A DNA stretch of 32,000 nucleotides from Synechocystis sp. PCC 6803 substr. PCC-P (GCF_000284455.1 NC_017039.1:1020001-1052000); one strand, 5' to 3'. Shown: positions 20,611 to 30,668, counted from the stretch's first letter. Numbers and translations are program-made. Notes: generated by a model not told the origin, from the sequence alone.

Positions 20611-20785
20611 CAAAATTCAGTTAATTCGTTGATCAATTAATCACCTAGCTAATCCATAGTTGAAAATAGTTAGAAAAATATACACAGGTGGGGCAAAAAA
20701 AATTGATCAATCACCAAAAATGATTCAGCATTAGGGAAGGCAGGCCCCTAGGGATTGTCATTGTTGCTTCTTTGAAGGTTTTTCC

Positions 20786-22513
20786 ATGCTCGAACAGGAC
20801 GTTGTCATTGTCGGTGGGGGTTTAGCCGGTTGTCGGGCCGCCCTAGAAATTAAGCGTCTGGCCCCTGATACCAAAGTGGCGATCGTGGCCAAAACCCATC
20901 CCATCCGTTCCCATTCTGTGGCCGCCCAGGGGGGCATTGCAGCCAGTCTGAAAAACGTTGACGCTGAAGATTCCTGGGAAGCCCATGCCTTTGATACGGT
21001 GAAGGGATCGGATTATCTAGCGGATCAGGATGCGGTGGAAATTCTCACCAAAGAAGCCCCGGAAGTAATTATTGAGCTAGAACATTTGGGAGTACTTTTT
21101 TCCCGTTTACCAGACGGTAAAATTGCCCAGCGGGCCTTTGGCGGCCACTCCCACAATCGCACTTGCTACGCCGCCGATAAAACAGGCCATGCCATTTTGC
21201 ACGAACTCGTGAATAACCTGCGCCGCAATAAGGTGGAAATTTACGATGAGTGGTATGTGATGAAACTCATCTACGAAGAAGGTGAGGCAAAGGGCTTGGT
21301 GATGTATGAAATTGCCACCGGTCGCATTGAAATTGTCCGAGCTAAGGCGGTGATGGTCGCCACGGGGGGCTACGGCCGGGTTTATAACACTACTTCCAAT
21401 GACTACGCTTCCACTGGGGACGGTTTGGCCATGGCGGCGATCGCCGGAATTCCCTTGGAAGATATGGAGTTTGTCCAGTTTCATCCCACGGGGCTATATC
21501 CGGTGGGGGTGCTAATTTCCGAAGCAGTGCGGGGGGAAGGAGCTTACTTAATTAATAGTGAAGGGCGCAGGTTTATGGAAGACTATGCCCCCAGTCGTAT
21601 GGAGTTGGCCCCCAGGGACATCACCTCCCGGGCCATTACCCTGGAAATCCGGGCGGGGCGGGGGGTTAACGCCGATGGCAGTGCTGGCGGCCCCTATGTT
21701 TACCTAGATTTGCGCCATATGGGTCGGGAAAAAATTATGAGTCGTATTCCCTTCTGTTGGGAAGAAGCTCACCGTTTAGTGGGCATTGATGCAGTGGAAC
21801 AACCGATGCCAGTGCGGCCCACAGTGCATTACTGCATGGGGGGCATTCCGGTAAATACCGATGGTCGGGTACGAAAAAATGCCAACGAGTTAACAGAAGG
21901 ATTTTTTGCTGCGGGGGAATGTGCCTGTGTTTCCGTCCATGGGGGCAATCGTTTAGGCAGTAACTCCCTGTTGGAATGTGTGGTTTATGGTCGTCGCACG
22001 GGCCGGAGCATTGCCGAATATGTCCAAGGGCGATCGCTCCCGGAAATTGACGAAGCAGTTTATAAAACTGAGGCCCAAACCCGCATTGATCAGCTTCTTA
22101 ACCAACAGGGTACAGTGCGTATTAACACCCTGCGCCAAGCTTTTCAGGATTGCATGACCAGCCATTGTGGGGTGTTCCGCTCCGAATCCTTTATGGCAGA
22201 AGGTTTGGAACAGGTACAAAATCTTAAAGCCCAGTACGGGCAAATCTTTTTGGACGATAAACAACCGCAATGGAATACGGAAGTTATTGAAGCCCTAGAA
22301 CTGCAAAGCATTATGGCAGTGGGGGAATTGATTTTAACTTCTGCGATCCAACGCCAGGAAAGTCGGGGTTCCCATGCTCGGGAAGATTTTCCCAGTCGGG
22401 ATGATGAACAATTCTTGCGCCACACCTTAGCCAGTTTTGACGGCGAACAAATAAAAGTGGAATATATGCCGGTGGTCATTAATCGCTTTGAACCGAAGGA
22501 GCGTAAATATTAA
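20786..22513 (+). CDS. sdhA: Succinate dehydrogenase / fumarate reductase flavoprotein subunit
   Basis: 575 aa; [87 protein letters not shown]. Confidence 0.96.
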   Translation: MLEQDVVIVGGGLAGCRAALEIKRLAPDTKVAIVAKTHPIRSHSVAAQGGIAASLKNVDAEDSWEAHAFDTVKGSDYLADQDAVEILTKEAPEVIIELEHLGVLFSRLPDGKIAQRAFGGHSHNRTCYAADKTGHAILHELVNNLRRNKVEIYDEWYVMKLIYEEGEAKGLVMYEIATGRIEIVRAKAVMVATGGYGRVYNTTSNDYASTGDGLAMAAIAGIPLEDMEFVQFHPTGLYPVGVLISEAVRGEGAYLINSEGRRFMEDYAPSRMELAPRDITSRAITLEIRAGRGVNADGSAGGPYVYLDLRHMGREKIMSRIPFCWEEAHRLVGIDAVEQPMPVRPTVHYCMGGIPVNTDGRVRKNANELTEGFFAAGECACVSVHGGNRLGSNSLLECVVYGRRTGRSIAEYVQGRSLPEIDEAVYKTEAQTRIDQLLNQQGTVRINTLRQAFQDCMTSHCGVFRSESFMAEGLEQVQNLKAQYGQIFLDDKQPQWNTEVIEALELQSIMAVGELILTSAIQRQESRGSHAREDFPSRDDEQFLRHTLASFDGEQIKVEYMPVVINRFEPKERKY

Positions 22514-22644
22514 CTTCCCTTAGCTTCAAACAAAAATACAAGGAGATTCTTTCATAGCCTATGCTTTGGCACGTATTTTACGGTCGCGGTAGAATGCTTT
22601 TGTCAAATCATGCCCAAGGGCGAAATTTCAGACCCATTTTTGTA

Positions 22645-22812
22645 ATGAGTGATCCTATTAGTTGGACTGCCGAAGCAACGGAGCGTTTAAAGGAAATTCC
22701 TTTTTTCGTTCGTCCTGCCGCCCGTAAAAAAATCGAAAATTTTGCCAGGGAAGCAGGAATCACAGAGATAACGGAAACGGTCTACGAGCAAGCTAAACAA
22801 AAGTTCAATTAG
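22645..22812 (+). CDS. Small solo PCP_red-domain protein (ChlB C-terminal-like)
   Basis: MSDPISWTAEATERLKEIPFFVRPAARKKIENFAREAGITEITETVYEQAKQKFN matches the PCP_red domain pattern. Internal ATG preferred over the tracked 22561 start. Confidence 0.8.
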   Translation: MSDPISWTAEATERLKEIPFFVRPAARKKIENFAREAGITEITETVYEQAKQKFN

Positions 22813-22863
22813 CTTAGCCCCGTTGGTAAGTTAATCTGAATAGCGTCAGTTTAGGTTTAAACC

Positions 22864-23208
22864 ATGGCAGAAGATACCATTTTCAGTAAAATTATCCGTC
22901 GGGAAATTCCAGCGGCGATCGTCTATGAAGATGATCTTTGCCTAGCTTTCAAGGATGTTAATCCCCAAGCGCCAGTCCATGTGCTTTTAATCCCCAAAAA
23001 GCCTTTACCCCAATTGTCAGCGGCCACCCCGGAAGACCATGCCCTACTGGGTCATCTTTTGCTCAAAGCCAAGGAAGTAGCGGCGGATCTAGGCATTGGC
23101 GATCAATTTCGCTTAGTCATTAATAACGGGGCGGAAGTGGGGCAAACTGTGTTCCATCTCCACCTCCATATCCTTGGCGGTCGCCCTTTTAGCTGGCCTC
23201 CGGGTTAA
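22864..23208 (+). CDS. HIT family (HINT-like) protein
   Basis: 114 aa; IFSKIIRREIPAAIVYEDD, catalytic motif QTVFHLHLHILGG. Confidence 0.96.
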   Translation: MAEDTIFSKIIRREIPAAIVYEDDLCLAFKDVNPQAPVHVLLIPKKPLPQLSAATPEDHALLGHLLLKAKEVAADLGIGDQFRLVINNGAEVGQTVFHLHLHILGGRPFSWPPG

Positions 23209-23253
23209 GGGGTTATGATGGGAAAATAAATTCACTTAACAATTCTTAACGAA

Positions 23254-24135
23254 ATGCAGTCCTTTTCGCCCCAGATCACCGCACCCACAGGTAATTATTG
23301 GCACTGGCAAGGGCATGAGATCTACTATGTCCGGGCCGGACAACCCCAGCCGGATCGACCTTCTTTACTTTTAGTGCACGGCTTTGGTGCTTCCACTGAC
23401 CATTGGCGTAAAAACATTGAAGGACTCCAAGACCAGTTTCAGGTGTGGGCGATTGATCTGTTGGGCTTCGGGCGATCGGCTAAACCGGCTCTGGAATATA
23501 GCGGCCAACTGTGGGAACAGCAGTTACTGGATTTTATTGACCAGGTGATTGGGGAAAAAACCGTGGTGGCGGGCAATTCCCTAGGGGGTTACGCTTCCCT
23601 CTGTGCGGCGGCCAACGGTGGCGACAAAATTGCCGGGGTGGTGTTGCTCAATAGTGCCGGGCCATTTGGTGATCAAATTAGTGAGCGCGGTATTAATTTT
23701 GTGCAAAAAGCAATTCAAAGCTTGATGCTCCAGCCCCTACCCAGTTACTTACTGTTTCAATATTTGCGGCGCAAACCCACCATTCGGAAGACCTTACAAA
23801 AAGTTTACGTAGATCAAACAGCAGTGACCGATCGCCTGGTGGAAGAAATTTATCGTCCTTCCTGTGATGGGGGGGCGGCCCAGGTGTTTGCCTCGGTGTT
23901 TAAATCTCCCCAGGGGGAAATGGTGGATAAACTCCTGGCTAAATTACAAGCGCCCCTGTTGGCTATTTGGGGACAGGGGGATCCTTGGATGCGGGTCAAG
24001 GAAAGGAGTGTTAAGTTTCGACAACATTACCCCCAACTAACGGAGCATTTTTTGCCGGCGGGCCACTGTCCCCACGACGAAGATCCGTCCACTGTCAATC
24101 AGTTAATGCGGGATTGGTTAGCTACCATTGGTTAG
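23254..24135 (+). CDS. Alpha/beta hydrolase
   Basis: 293 aa; LLLVHGFGASTDHWRKN, nucleophile elbow VAGNSLGGYASL, GQGDPW, GHCPHDE. Confidence 0.92.
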   Translation: MQSFSPQITAPTGNYWHWQGHEIYYVRAGQPQPDRPSLLLVHGFGASTDHWRKNIEGLQDQFQVWAIDLLGFGRSAKPALEYSGQLWEQQLLDFIDQVIGEKTVVAGNSLGGYASLCAAANGGDKIAGVVLLNSAGPFGDQISERGINFVQKAIQSLMLQPLPSYLLFQYLRRKPTIRKTLQKVYVDQTAVTDRLVEEIYRPSCDGGAAQVFASVFKSPQGEMVDKLLAKLQAPLLAIWGQGDPWMRVKERSVKFRQHYPQLTEHFLPAGHCPHDEDPSTVNQLMRDWLATIG

Positions 24136-24171
24136 TCCCCTATGGTTTGGGGTTGATCCCCACCGTTTGCC

Positions 24172-24705
24172 ATGACCCCATTGACTTTTCGTAACTTAGG
24201 TCAATCTAAAGCCCCATCTATTGCGCGGACTTTGGTAACCATTGGCTTGGGTATTGGATTGGCAATGGGGACGGTGGGGTGTAGCCCTAGTTATTCCCGA
24301 TCGCCGCTGGTGGAATCTTTACCTCTGACGGCCAAGGTAACCATTGGTTCGGAAACAATTCTGTTGGAAGTCGCCACAACTCCTGCCCAGCAGGCCCAGG
24401 GCTTGATGTTTCGCACCGAACTAGCTGGTGATCGGGGGATGTTATTCACTTTTCCAGAACCCAGAATTGCCCGCTTTTGGATGAAAAATACCCTGATTCC
24501 CCTGGATATGATCTTTTTGCGGGATGGGCAAATTAAACAAATTATTACGAACGTTCCCCCCTGTAAAGCCGATCCTTGTCCCAACTACGGCCCCCTCAAC
24601 CAAGAGGTTAACCAGGTGTTGGAGCTGGGGGCAGGACGGGCGCAGCAATTAGGTTTGGAAGTTGACCAAGTGCTGGAATTTTTGCCCCTGTCGGGTAGTT
24701 TATAG
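24172..24705 (+). CDS. DUF192 family protein, probably exported/lipoprotein
   Basis: 177 aa; hydrophobic N-terminus followed by Cys (GTVGCSPS); LEVATTPAQQAQGLMFRTELAGDRGMLFTF...ARFWMKNTLIPLDMIFL is the DUF192 signature. Confidence 0.9.
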   Translation: MTPLTFRNLGQSKAPSIARTLVTIGLGIGLAMGTVGCSPSYSRSPLVESLPLTAKVTIGSETILLEVATTPAQQAQGLMFRTELAGDRGMLFTFPEPRIARFWMKNTLIPLDMIFLRDGQIKQIITNVPPCKADPCPNYGPLNQEVNQVLELGAGRAQQLGLEVDQVLEFLPLSGSL

Positions 24706-24771
24706 TTTGAAGATTATTATCGTTAGTGCTTATATCTTTTCAGCCTAATACTCAATTTTTCTAACTCCCAT

Positions 24772-24948
24772 CTAGGTTAATTTCCTTCTGGCGATCGCCT
24801 CTAGCACCTGGCAAGCATGGCCTTGGCAGACACCGCAGTCAGCCCCTACTCCCATGGACTCGGACAACTCTTCTAGGGAGGTTATGCCCTGCTGGGCAGC
24901 CGCTTCAATTTGCTTATCGCTAATACCCCGGCAAACGCAGATATACAT
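24772..24948 (-). CDS. bfd: Bacterioferritin-associated ferredoxin-like [2Fe-2S] protein
   Basis: Manually translated 58-aa ORF absent from the ORF track: MYICVCRGISDKQIEAAAQQGITSLEELSESMGVGADCGVCQGHACQVLEAIARRKLT. It has the CxC...CxxC BFD arrangement. Confidence 0.9.
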   Translation of the reverse strand: MYICVCRGISDKQIEAAAQQGITSLEELSESMGVGADCGVCQGHACQVLEAIARRKLT

Positions 24949-25169
24949 AAGGACTTTTCCGTAAATTTTGAGAGAAGATTTTATAGAAAGCTATTGCAAA
25001 TTATTTTCATTATGCATCAACAGGGCAGAAAAAACAATTTTTTGGGGCCGGTTTGCCGTAGGTGCAAAGGCTAGACAGAATTACAAGTTACTTTTGCCGG
25101 GGTCTACCCCCTATAGCCCTTAAATAATAGACTCTATGCACTATCTTGCTGAATGGTTCTCAATGTCCA

Positions 25170-26621
25170 TCAAAATTTTTCCAGAAGATGACTAACAAAA
25201 AAGGGAATGACTTCAAATTGATTTTGATATAGTTCCACCAACGTCACTGGAGCTTCCGGTGGAATCATGCCCGATTGATACTGCAAAACAATTAGCATAT
25301 TCCAAAAAGCAAAAAACGCTGTGACAAAAGCAGCCCATTTTTGCCAGCGACGACCAGAAATTTTTTGCCAAAAATTAGCTATGCCAAATACAAATAAAAA
25401 AGTGCAATTACTAAACATTCTCCCCCCCACACTAGCGCCCTGCCACCAAGACCACCAAGCGGCAATAAAGTAAACTTGAGCCAAGAAAGTTACCAACAAA
25501 ATGGTGTTTAAACGGGGCAACAGTCTCCAACCTAGCACTAAACCAACCACCGCTAGTAAGGTTATGGGGTGCCAAATAAATAAGCCCCGATGACCGGAGA
25601 ATAACACTTGCCAAAGGGATGGTTGCAACCAATTGAAACTGCCCCCGTGACCCGTAGCTTGTCCTTCTTCTAAATAGGGAATGCGCTCAATGCCACCATA
25701 CTGCCAAAGATAAATTAATAGCTGGGGAATTTGCATTAGCATCGCCACTGTCAACATCACTAGCAGTGGTTGCCAAAATTTTCTCTTAGTAATATTGGTA
25801 AAAATAGTTTGACTAGCTTTTCCCCAATGAATTGCTGAAATGGTTGTTAAACTCGGTTGTTGATTACCCAATGGTTGCGTTTCAAACCCGATCGCCGCCA
25901 CCAATATTGGTGCGAGGAAAAACAGCACATCCTGGGGCCGCACCCAAGCGGCAAAGGCGATCGCCAAAGCGAGCATAATCTGCCAACGGCCATCGGTTAA
26001 CCAAGGTTTAGTGAATATGCCGTACAAAAATAAGGCGATTAAAAAAGCGGAAACTGCATGGGACATGGACACTTCTAGGAATAGGTAATAGCTCAATGGT
26101 GAAGCAAACCAAATTCCACCTACGGCCAGTAAACAACTTATGTGGGAAAAATAACGCCGAGCAAAACGATAACTCAGGGCTAAACCAGTGATGCCCAAAC
26201 CAACGCTTCCCAAGCAATAAAATAGTTCGTAGGGCCAAGACATACCATTGATGGGAATGGCATTATTAAACTGATGTAAAATCAAGGCAACTACATGACC
26301 TAGAGCAAAGAATGGTAACAGAACTATGCCTAGCCCCACCGTGTATTTGCTGTATTCTGGAATGGGCCCAAATACCCGGGGACTGCTGTTGAATTGTCCT
26401 GCGGTTTCAGCATAATAGCTATATTCGTTATCTACCCTGAGATTACCATCAAATAATAGAGATCTCAGGGGAGTGTAATAGCCCAATCCATCACCGTACA
26501 CCCCAAAGCCAGTGACAAAAAACTTAAGTAGAAAAATCCCCAGGGTAACAGCTATGGCAATTAAAAAGCAGTATTTAAGATTTTTTTCGTCGTTAATGAA
26601 GTGAAAAAATTTACCCATCAT
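25170..26621 (-). CDS. Polytopic membrane protein, GT-C-like glycosyltransferase candidate
   Basis: 483 aa with many hydrophobic segments; N-terminal loop GDGLGYYTPLRSLLFDGNLRVDNEY resembles GT-C acidic loops. Confidence 0.65.
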   Translation of the reverse strand: MMGKFFHFINDEKNLKYCFLIAIAVTLGIFLLKFFVTGFGVYGDGLGYYTPLRSLLFDGNLRVDNEYSYYAETAGQFNSSPRVFGPIPEYSKYTVGLGIVLLPFFALGHVVALILHQFNNAIPINGMSWPYELFYCLGSVGLGITGLALSYRFARRYFSHISCLLAVGGIWFASPLSYYLFLEVSMSHAVSAFLIALFLYGIFTKPWLTDGRWQIMLALAIAFAAWVRPQDVLFFLAPILVAAIGFETQPLGNQQPSLTTISAIHWGKASQTIFTNITKRKFWQPLLVMLTVAMLMQIPQLLIYLWQYGGIERIPYLEEGQATGHGGSFNWLQPSLWQVLFSGHRGLFIWHPITLLAVVGLVLGWRLLPRLNTILLVTFLAQVYFIAAWWSWWQGASVGGRMFSNCTFLFVFGIANFWQKISGRRWQKWAAFVTAFFAFWNMLIVLQYQSGMIPPEAPVTLVELYQNQFEVIPFFVSHLLEKF

Positions 26622-26656
26622 TATCCATTCCTTCCATCACACCAATGGGCTACAAA

Positions 26657-27085
26657 TTAAGCTTTCTTTTTCGGTTTACGCCAGACCCAAAGAAAGTTAG
26701 TGGCCATGCTCCAAAATACGGTAATCATGGTGGCAACGATAGCCGCTATTTTATGGTCCCAGCCCAATTTATTGCCCAAAATTACAATAATTAAACTCCA
26801 GAGAAAAAAGCCACTGAAATTGGCCACATGGTATTCCCAACAGCGTTGCCAAGAAAGGTTAGGATTACGAAATACCCAGAGGTCAATCGCCCCGTAACGA
26901 ATGATGGTAATGACTTCGGCGGAGAGGACGGAAGCCCAGGTGAGGCCCATGCCGAGGGACACTTTGAACCAATCCAAGAGGACAACGTTCAAAACCATGG
27001 CAATAATGCCAATGATCCACCAGCGCACCATGGCGTTTTGCCAAAGGCGTTGTAAATAAACGGGCAAGGTTTCCCTGGTAATCAT
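26657..27085 (-). CDS. GtrA-like family membrane protein
   Basis: 142 aa with about 4 TM segments; VRWWIIGIIAMVLNVVLLDWF...VITIIRYGAIDLWVFR...WSMATNFLWVWR fits GtrA-like proteins. Lies 35 bp upstream of the 483-aa ORF on the same strand. Confidence 0.75.
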   Translation of the reverse strand: MITRETLPVYLQRLWQNAMVRWWIIGIIAMVLNVVLLDWFKVSLGMGLTWASVLSAEVITIIRYGAIDLWVFRNPNLSWQRCWEYHVANFSGFFLWSLIIVILGNKLGWDHKIAAIVATMITVFWSMATNFLWVWRKPKKKA

Positions 27086-27259
27086 GGCGAAGTCAGTAAA
27101 GGGCAGATAATCCGGCTATTATACTGGTCAATGTTCTAGGAAAATTGGCATCTAATTGCAAATAGGGGCTAAATTTTTCCCCTGCAGGGTAACGCAAAGT
27201 TTTGGAGCTTGGCCCTGAATTGATGCAACGGCAAACTGGCAAACTAAATCATCTTTTTT

Positions 27260-28612
27260 ATGTCTTCCCCTCTGGTTCTTCCCAGTGATGGCCACTATTG
27301 GCTTAAAAATGCCCATATTCCCCCCAATTTGGTCAAAACCAAGGTAAATTTTCCCGAAAATTTTCAGTTTCCCAGGCCTTGGGAGGATTTAGGACTTTAC
27401 CATCTAGAAATTGCCGACGGCAAAATCAAAAATATCGTTGCTGTTGGGCAGGGGGAAGAGTCCGATTTAGTTACCGACGATGGTGTCCCCAGGGTGGATT
27501 TGAGTAAAAGAATGATCTTGCCCTGTTTTGTGGATATGCATACCCACTTAGATAAGGGCCATATCTGGGGGCGATCGCCAAATGTTGATGGAACCTTTTC
27601 TGGAGCCATTGCTAGCACGGAAAGGGATGCTGAATTGCACCATAGCCCAGAAGATATTTACCGCAGAATGGAATTTGCCCTCCAATGTAGCTATGCCCAT
27701 GGCACGGCAGCGGTGCGTACCCACATAGAAATGGCTGGTCAGAAAAGTCAGATTGCTTGGCAAACTTTTCAACAACTGCGCCAAGCCTGGGCCGATCGCC
27801 TAACTTTACAAGGGGTGGCGATGGTTACCACGGATTATTATCTAGGCTCTGCAGGGGAAAAGTTAGCCGACCAGATGGCCCATGGGGGAGGAATTCTGGG
27901 GGGAGTGGCCTACGCTGGGCCCCAGGTGGAAGCCCAGTTAACCCGTTTGATGACCCTAGCCCAAGCCAGAAATTTGGCCATTGACCTGCACGTAGACGAA
28001 AATGGCGATCGCCGCTCCCGAGTATTGCATCAAGTAGCCGCCATCGCCTTAAAAGTCGGTTTCACCGGTCAAATTGTCTGTGGGCACTGTTGCAGTTTAG
28101 ATGTGCAATCCCCCCAGCAAGTCCAGCAAACATTGGCTTTAGTCAAACAGGCTAATATCGCTATCATTAGTTTGCCCCTTTGTAACCTGTACCTCCAGGG
28201 CCGCCATCAACCCCAGAAACCGGCCTGGAGAGGAATTACCAAAGTTCATGCCATTCACGCGGAGGGCATTCCCCTCGTCTTTGCCAGTGATAACTGTCGG
28301 GATCCGTTTTTTCCCTTTGGTGACCATGATGGCCTGGAAATTTTGAACCAATCCGTACGCATTGGCCAATTGGATCCTCCCTACGGTCACTGGTGTGCCA
28401 CCGTTAATCAAACCCCTGCCCAATTAATGGGACTTGCCGACTACGGCCGCCTTGCTGTGAATGGTCCAGCGGATCTAGTTATCTTTCCAGCCCGTTATTT
28501 CAGTGAGATCTTTTCCCGCCCCCAAGGCGATCGCCTAGTGATACGCAAAGGAAAACCCACCCACAAAAAAACACCGCACTACCAAGAGTTAGATGATTTG
28601 ATGGGAGCTTGA
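27260..28612 (+). CDS. codA: Cytosine deaminase / amidohydrolase
   Basis: 450 aa; PCFVDMHTHLDKGHIWGRSPN, DLHVDENGD, VCGHCCSLD, VFASDNCRDPFFPFGDHDGLE, DLVIFPARYFSE. Confidence 0.92.
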   Translation: MSSPLVLPSDGHYWLKNAHIPPNLVKTKVNFPENFQFPRPWEDLGLYHLEIADGKIKNIVAVGQGEESDLVTDDGVPRVDLSKRMILPCFVDMHTHLDKGHIWGRSPNVDGTFSGAIASTERDAELHHSPEDIYRRMEFALQCSYAHGTAAVRTHIEMAGQKSQIAWQTFQQLRQAWADRLTLQGVAMVTTDYYLGSAGEKLADQMAHGGGILGGVAYAGPQVEAQLTRLMTLAQARNLAIDLHVDENGDRRSRVLHQVAAIALKVGFTGQIVCGHCCSLDVQSPQQVQQTLALVKQANIAIISLPLCNLYLQGRHQPQKPAWRGITKVHAIHAEGIPLVFASDNCRDPFFPFGDHDGLEILNQSVRIGQLDPPYGHWCATVNQTPAQLMGLADYGRLAVNGPADLVIFPARYFSEIFSRPQGDRLVIRKGKPTHKKTPHYQELDDLMGA

Positions 28613-28660
28613 GGCAGTCAGTCCGGCCAAAGCTAATCATATTTGCGGCCAGCCAGTGGA

Positions 28661-29008
28661 CTAACCGAGTTTAAAAACATGGGGAAAAGCACTCTTCACC
28701 ATCAATCGGTCTTGCTTTGACAGAGAGCCAACACAGTCGAGGATATACTTGTGTTCTAGGGTGAACAGTTTCATCCTCACCACCGAAGGCGTAAACAATC
28801 CCGCTGAACGGGTGTCTTCAATGGGGGTATCGAGGGGCCAGGGGGCATTTTTTGCCGAAGTGATCATAGCCATAACACTGTGACCAATGCGGTTATTAAA
28901 AGCGGGGGCGTCGGACAAAATTAAAGCGGGGCGACGAATATCAGATTGCCTATCCGTGAAGGGAACTGGGACAATGACGACGTCAAATTGTTCGTAAATT
29001 GTATTCAT
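28661..29008 (-). CDS. MazF/PemK-like toxin
   Basis: 115 aa; FDVVIVPVPFTDRQSDIRRPALILSD and SVVRMKLFTLE. Overlaps the upstream gene by 4 nt. From memory, Sll1130 of Synechocystis. Confidence 0.85.
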   Translation of the reverse strand: MNTIYEQFDVVIVPVPFTDRQSDIRRPALILSDAPAFNNRIGHSVMAMITSAKNAPWPLDTPIEDTRSAGLFTPSVVRMKLFTLEHKYILDCVGSLSKQDRLMVKSAFPHVFKLG

Positions 29009-29271
29009 AGGTGTCGGTATGCAGAATTATCAGCTTCAGAATTCCATTCGGTCATAGTGTCGGCGGTGGCAGCCATATAGTCGGCCCCAGCTTCCCCAAC
29101 TTTGCCGGGGGCAGGACCTTGGGCCCTCTCAGCTTGGGGAAGGACCATTCCCTGGGGGGCAACTAACACAATAACTTCTACGGAAGTACCAGCTGGACAC
29201 GGTAAATCCTGGAGCAGGAGCGTGCCATCTTCTGTCAATGTCGTAGCTAGTTTGTAAGCATTGATAGACAT
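29005..29271 (-). CDS. Putative antitoxin partner of the MazF-like protein
   Basis: 88 aa, immediately upstream and 4-nt overlapping with the toxin-like ORF. From memory, Ssl2245. Confidence 0.8.
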   Translation of the reverse strand: MSINAYKLATTLTEDGTLLLQDLPCPAGTSVEVIVLVAPQGMVLPQAERAQGPAPGKVGEAGADYMAATADTMTEWNSEADNSAYRHL

Positions 29272-29771
29272 TATGTAGCAGTGTGAAATGTGGACCCTTT
29301 ACAACCAAAAGAGTTTTAAATTTTCAACATTATCTTAGGCAATGATGAACCAGTGCAAAATAGATACTGAGGAGAAAATAGTCTTTGGTCGGATAGAAGA
29401 CATATTAGCAGAAAAGTAAACAATTCGTGGGAATAGTCACCTTTATAATTGTTTTTAACTCCGACAACCATAATCAGTCAGACCATGTATTGTCAATATT
29501 TACAGAACCTTTATTAGATAAGCCCTTTGCCCGGGACGACAAGCTAAAGTATGTACTAGTAAAATTCATTACTTTAAGATGAGAACTGTTCTCCAACTTC
29601 ACTTCTGAATGGTTTTTGTCCCAAATTTTGAACCAGCATGGGGCAGGGACCAAAGTAAACGATAATACTTTTTTCCCATTATTTTCCCAAGGAAATCTCC
29701 CTGGGTGGATGCAGTTATTACTTATCAATCTCAAGTTTAAAAGCTAGCTAGAAGATTTTAGGTCTTGGTGG

Positions 29772-30668
29772 TCATAGGCAAAATTGTCTGAGGGCGGCGG
29801 CGGTAGCTTCGGGTTGTTCCAGATGGGGCACATGGCCACAGGCATCAAGCCAGATTAATTGACTCTGGGGCAAAAGATTTTGGAATCGTTCAGCCGCTCT
29901 AACACCCAAAATTTTGTCCTGTTTACCCCAAATAATTAGGCTAGGCAAAGTAATTTGCCCCAATTGCTCGGCAAAGGAGCCATAACCACCACTTTTGCTG
30001 AAGGCAATCAATCCTTCGCTCCAACCCGGGCAGGTTAAATGGGCAGCGGCACAGAGGCGGGCATCTTCACTGGCTAGACTCCGGTTGTAATAGGCGGTCT
30101 GGCCAATACTTTGTCTGACCTGTGGGCTGGCTAAAAAATTGGTTAGCCAACGGTCCAACGGTGGAAACATGAGCCGACTGGCAAAGGGTTGTTTCGCGAG
30201 GCCAGCACTATCTATTAGCACTAGTTTTTTGACCCGTTCGGGAAAGCTGAGGCAAAAATCTAGGGCCACTGCTCCCCCCATGGATACCCCCACTAAGGTA
30301 ATGGGTTCTTGAATAATTGTTTGCCAAAAGTGGTCTAGGTGAATTTTGATGTTGGCTGGGGTGGGTAGTAATATCTTGGATCTAGTTGTGAAACCAAATC
30401 CCAGCAAATCAATGGCGATCGCCCGAAAATTTTTTTTGATTAGGGGCAGTAGGCGACGAAACTCCAACACCGAACTGTCAAAGCCATGTATAAAAAGCAT
30501 GGGTTCCCCCTGGCCTTCATCCATATAGTTGGTGTCCACGGTGATGGCACTGGGGTGGTCTGGGCCATGGATGGTTAGGGAAACTTGTTGCATTTGTCGC
30601 CAACATTCCCAGGAGGTTGCTTCAGTAAATGCCGGTGCGGGAAGGGTTAGGGAAGGAGTCATACTCAA
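29772..30668 (-). CDS. Alpha/beta hydrolase
   Basis: 298 aa; MLFIHGFDSSVLEFRRLLP, LVGVSMGGAVALDF, IIWGKQDKILG, DACGHVPHLEQPE. Confidence 0.93.
   Translation of the reverse strand: MSMTPSLTLPAPAFTEATSWECWRQMQQVSLTIHGPDHPSAITVDTNYMDEGQGEPMLFIHGFDSSVLEFRRLLPLIKKNFRAIAIDLLGFGFTTRSKILLPTPANIKIHLDHFWQTIIQEPITLVGVSMGGAVALDFCLSFPERVKKLVLIDSAGLAKQPFASRLMFPPLDRWLTNFLASPQVRQSIGQTAYYNRSLASEDARLCAAAHLTCPGWSEGLIAFSKSGGYGSFAEQLGQITLPSLIIWGKQDKILGVRAAERFQNLLPQSQLIWLDACGHVPHLEQPEATAAALRQFCL

Noticed and set aside
29474-29734. 86-aa minus-strand ORF in the AT-rich intergenic region
   Set aside because: No recognisable domain and atypical composition. It is too weak to call a CDS and is kept only as part of the intergenic finding.
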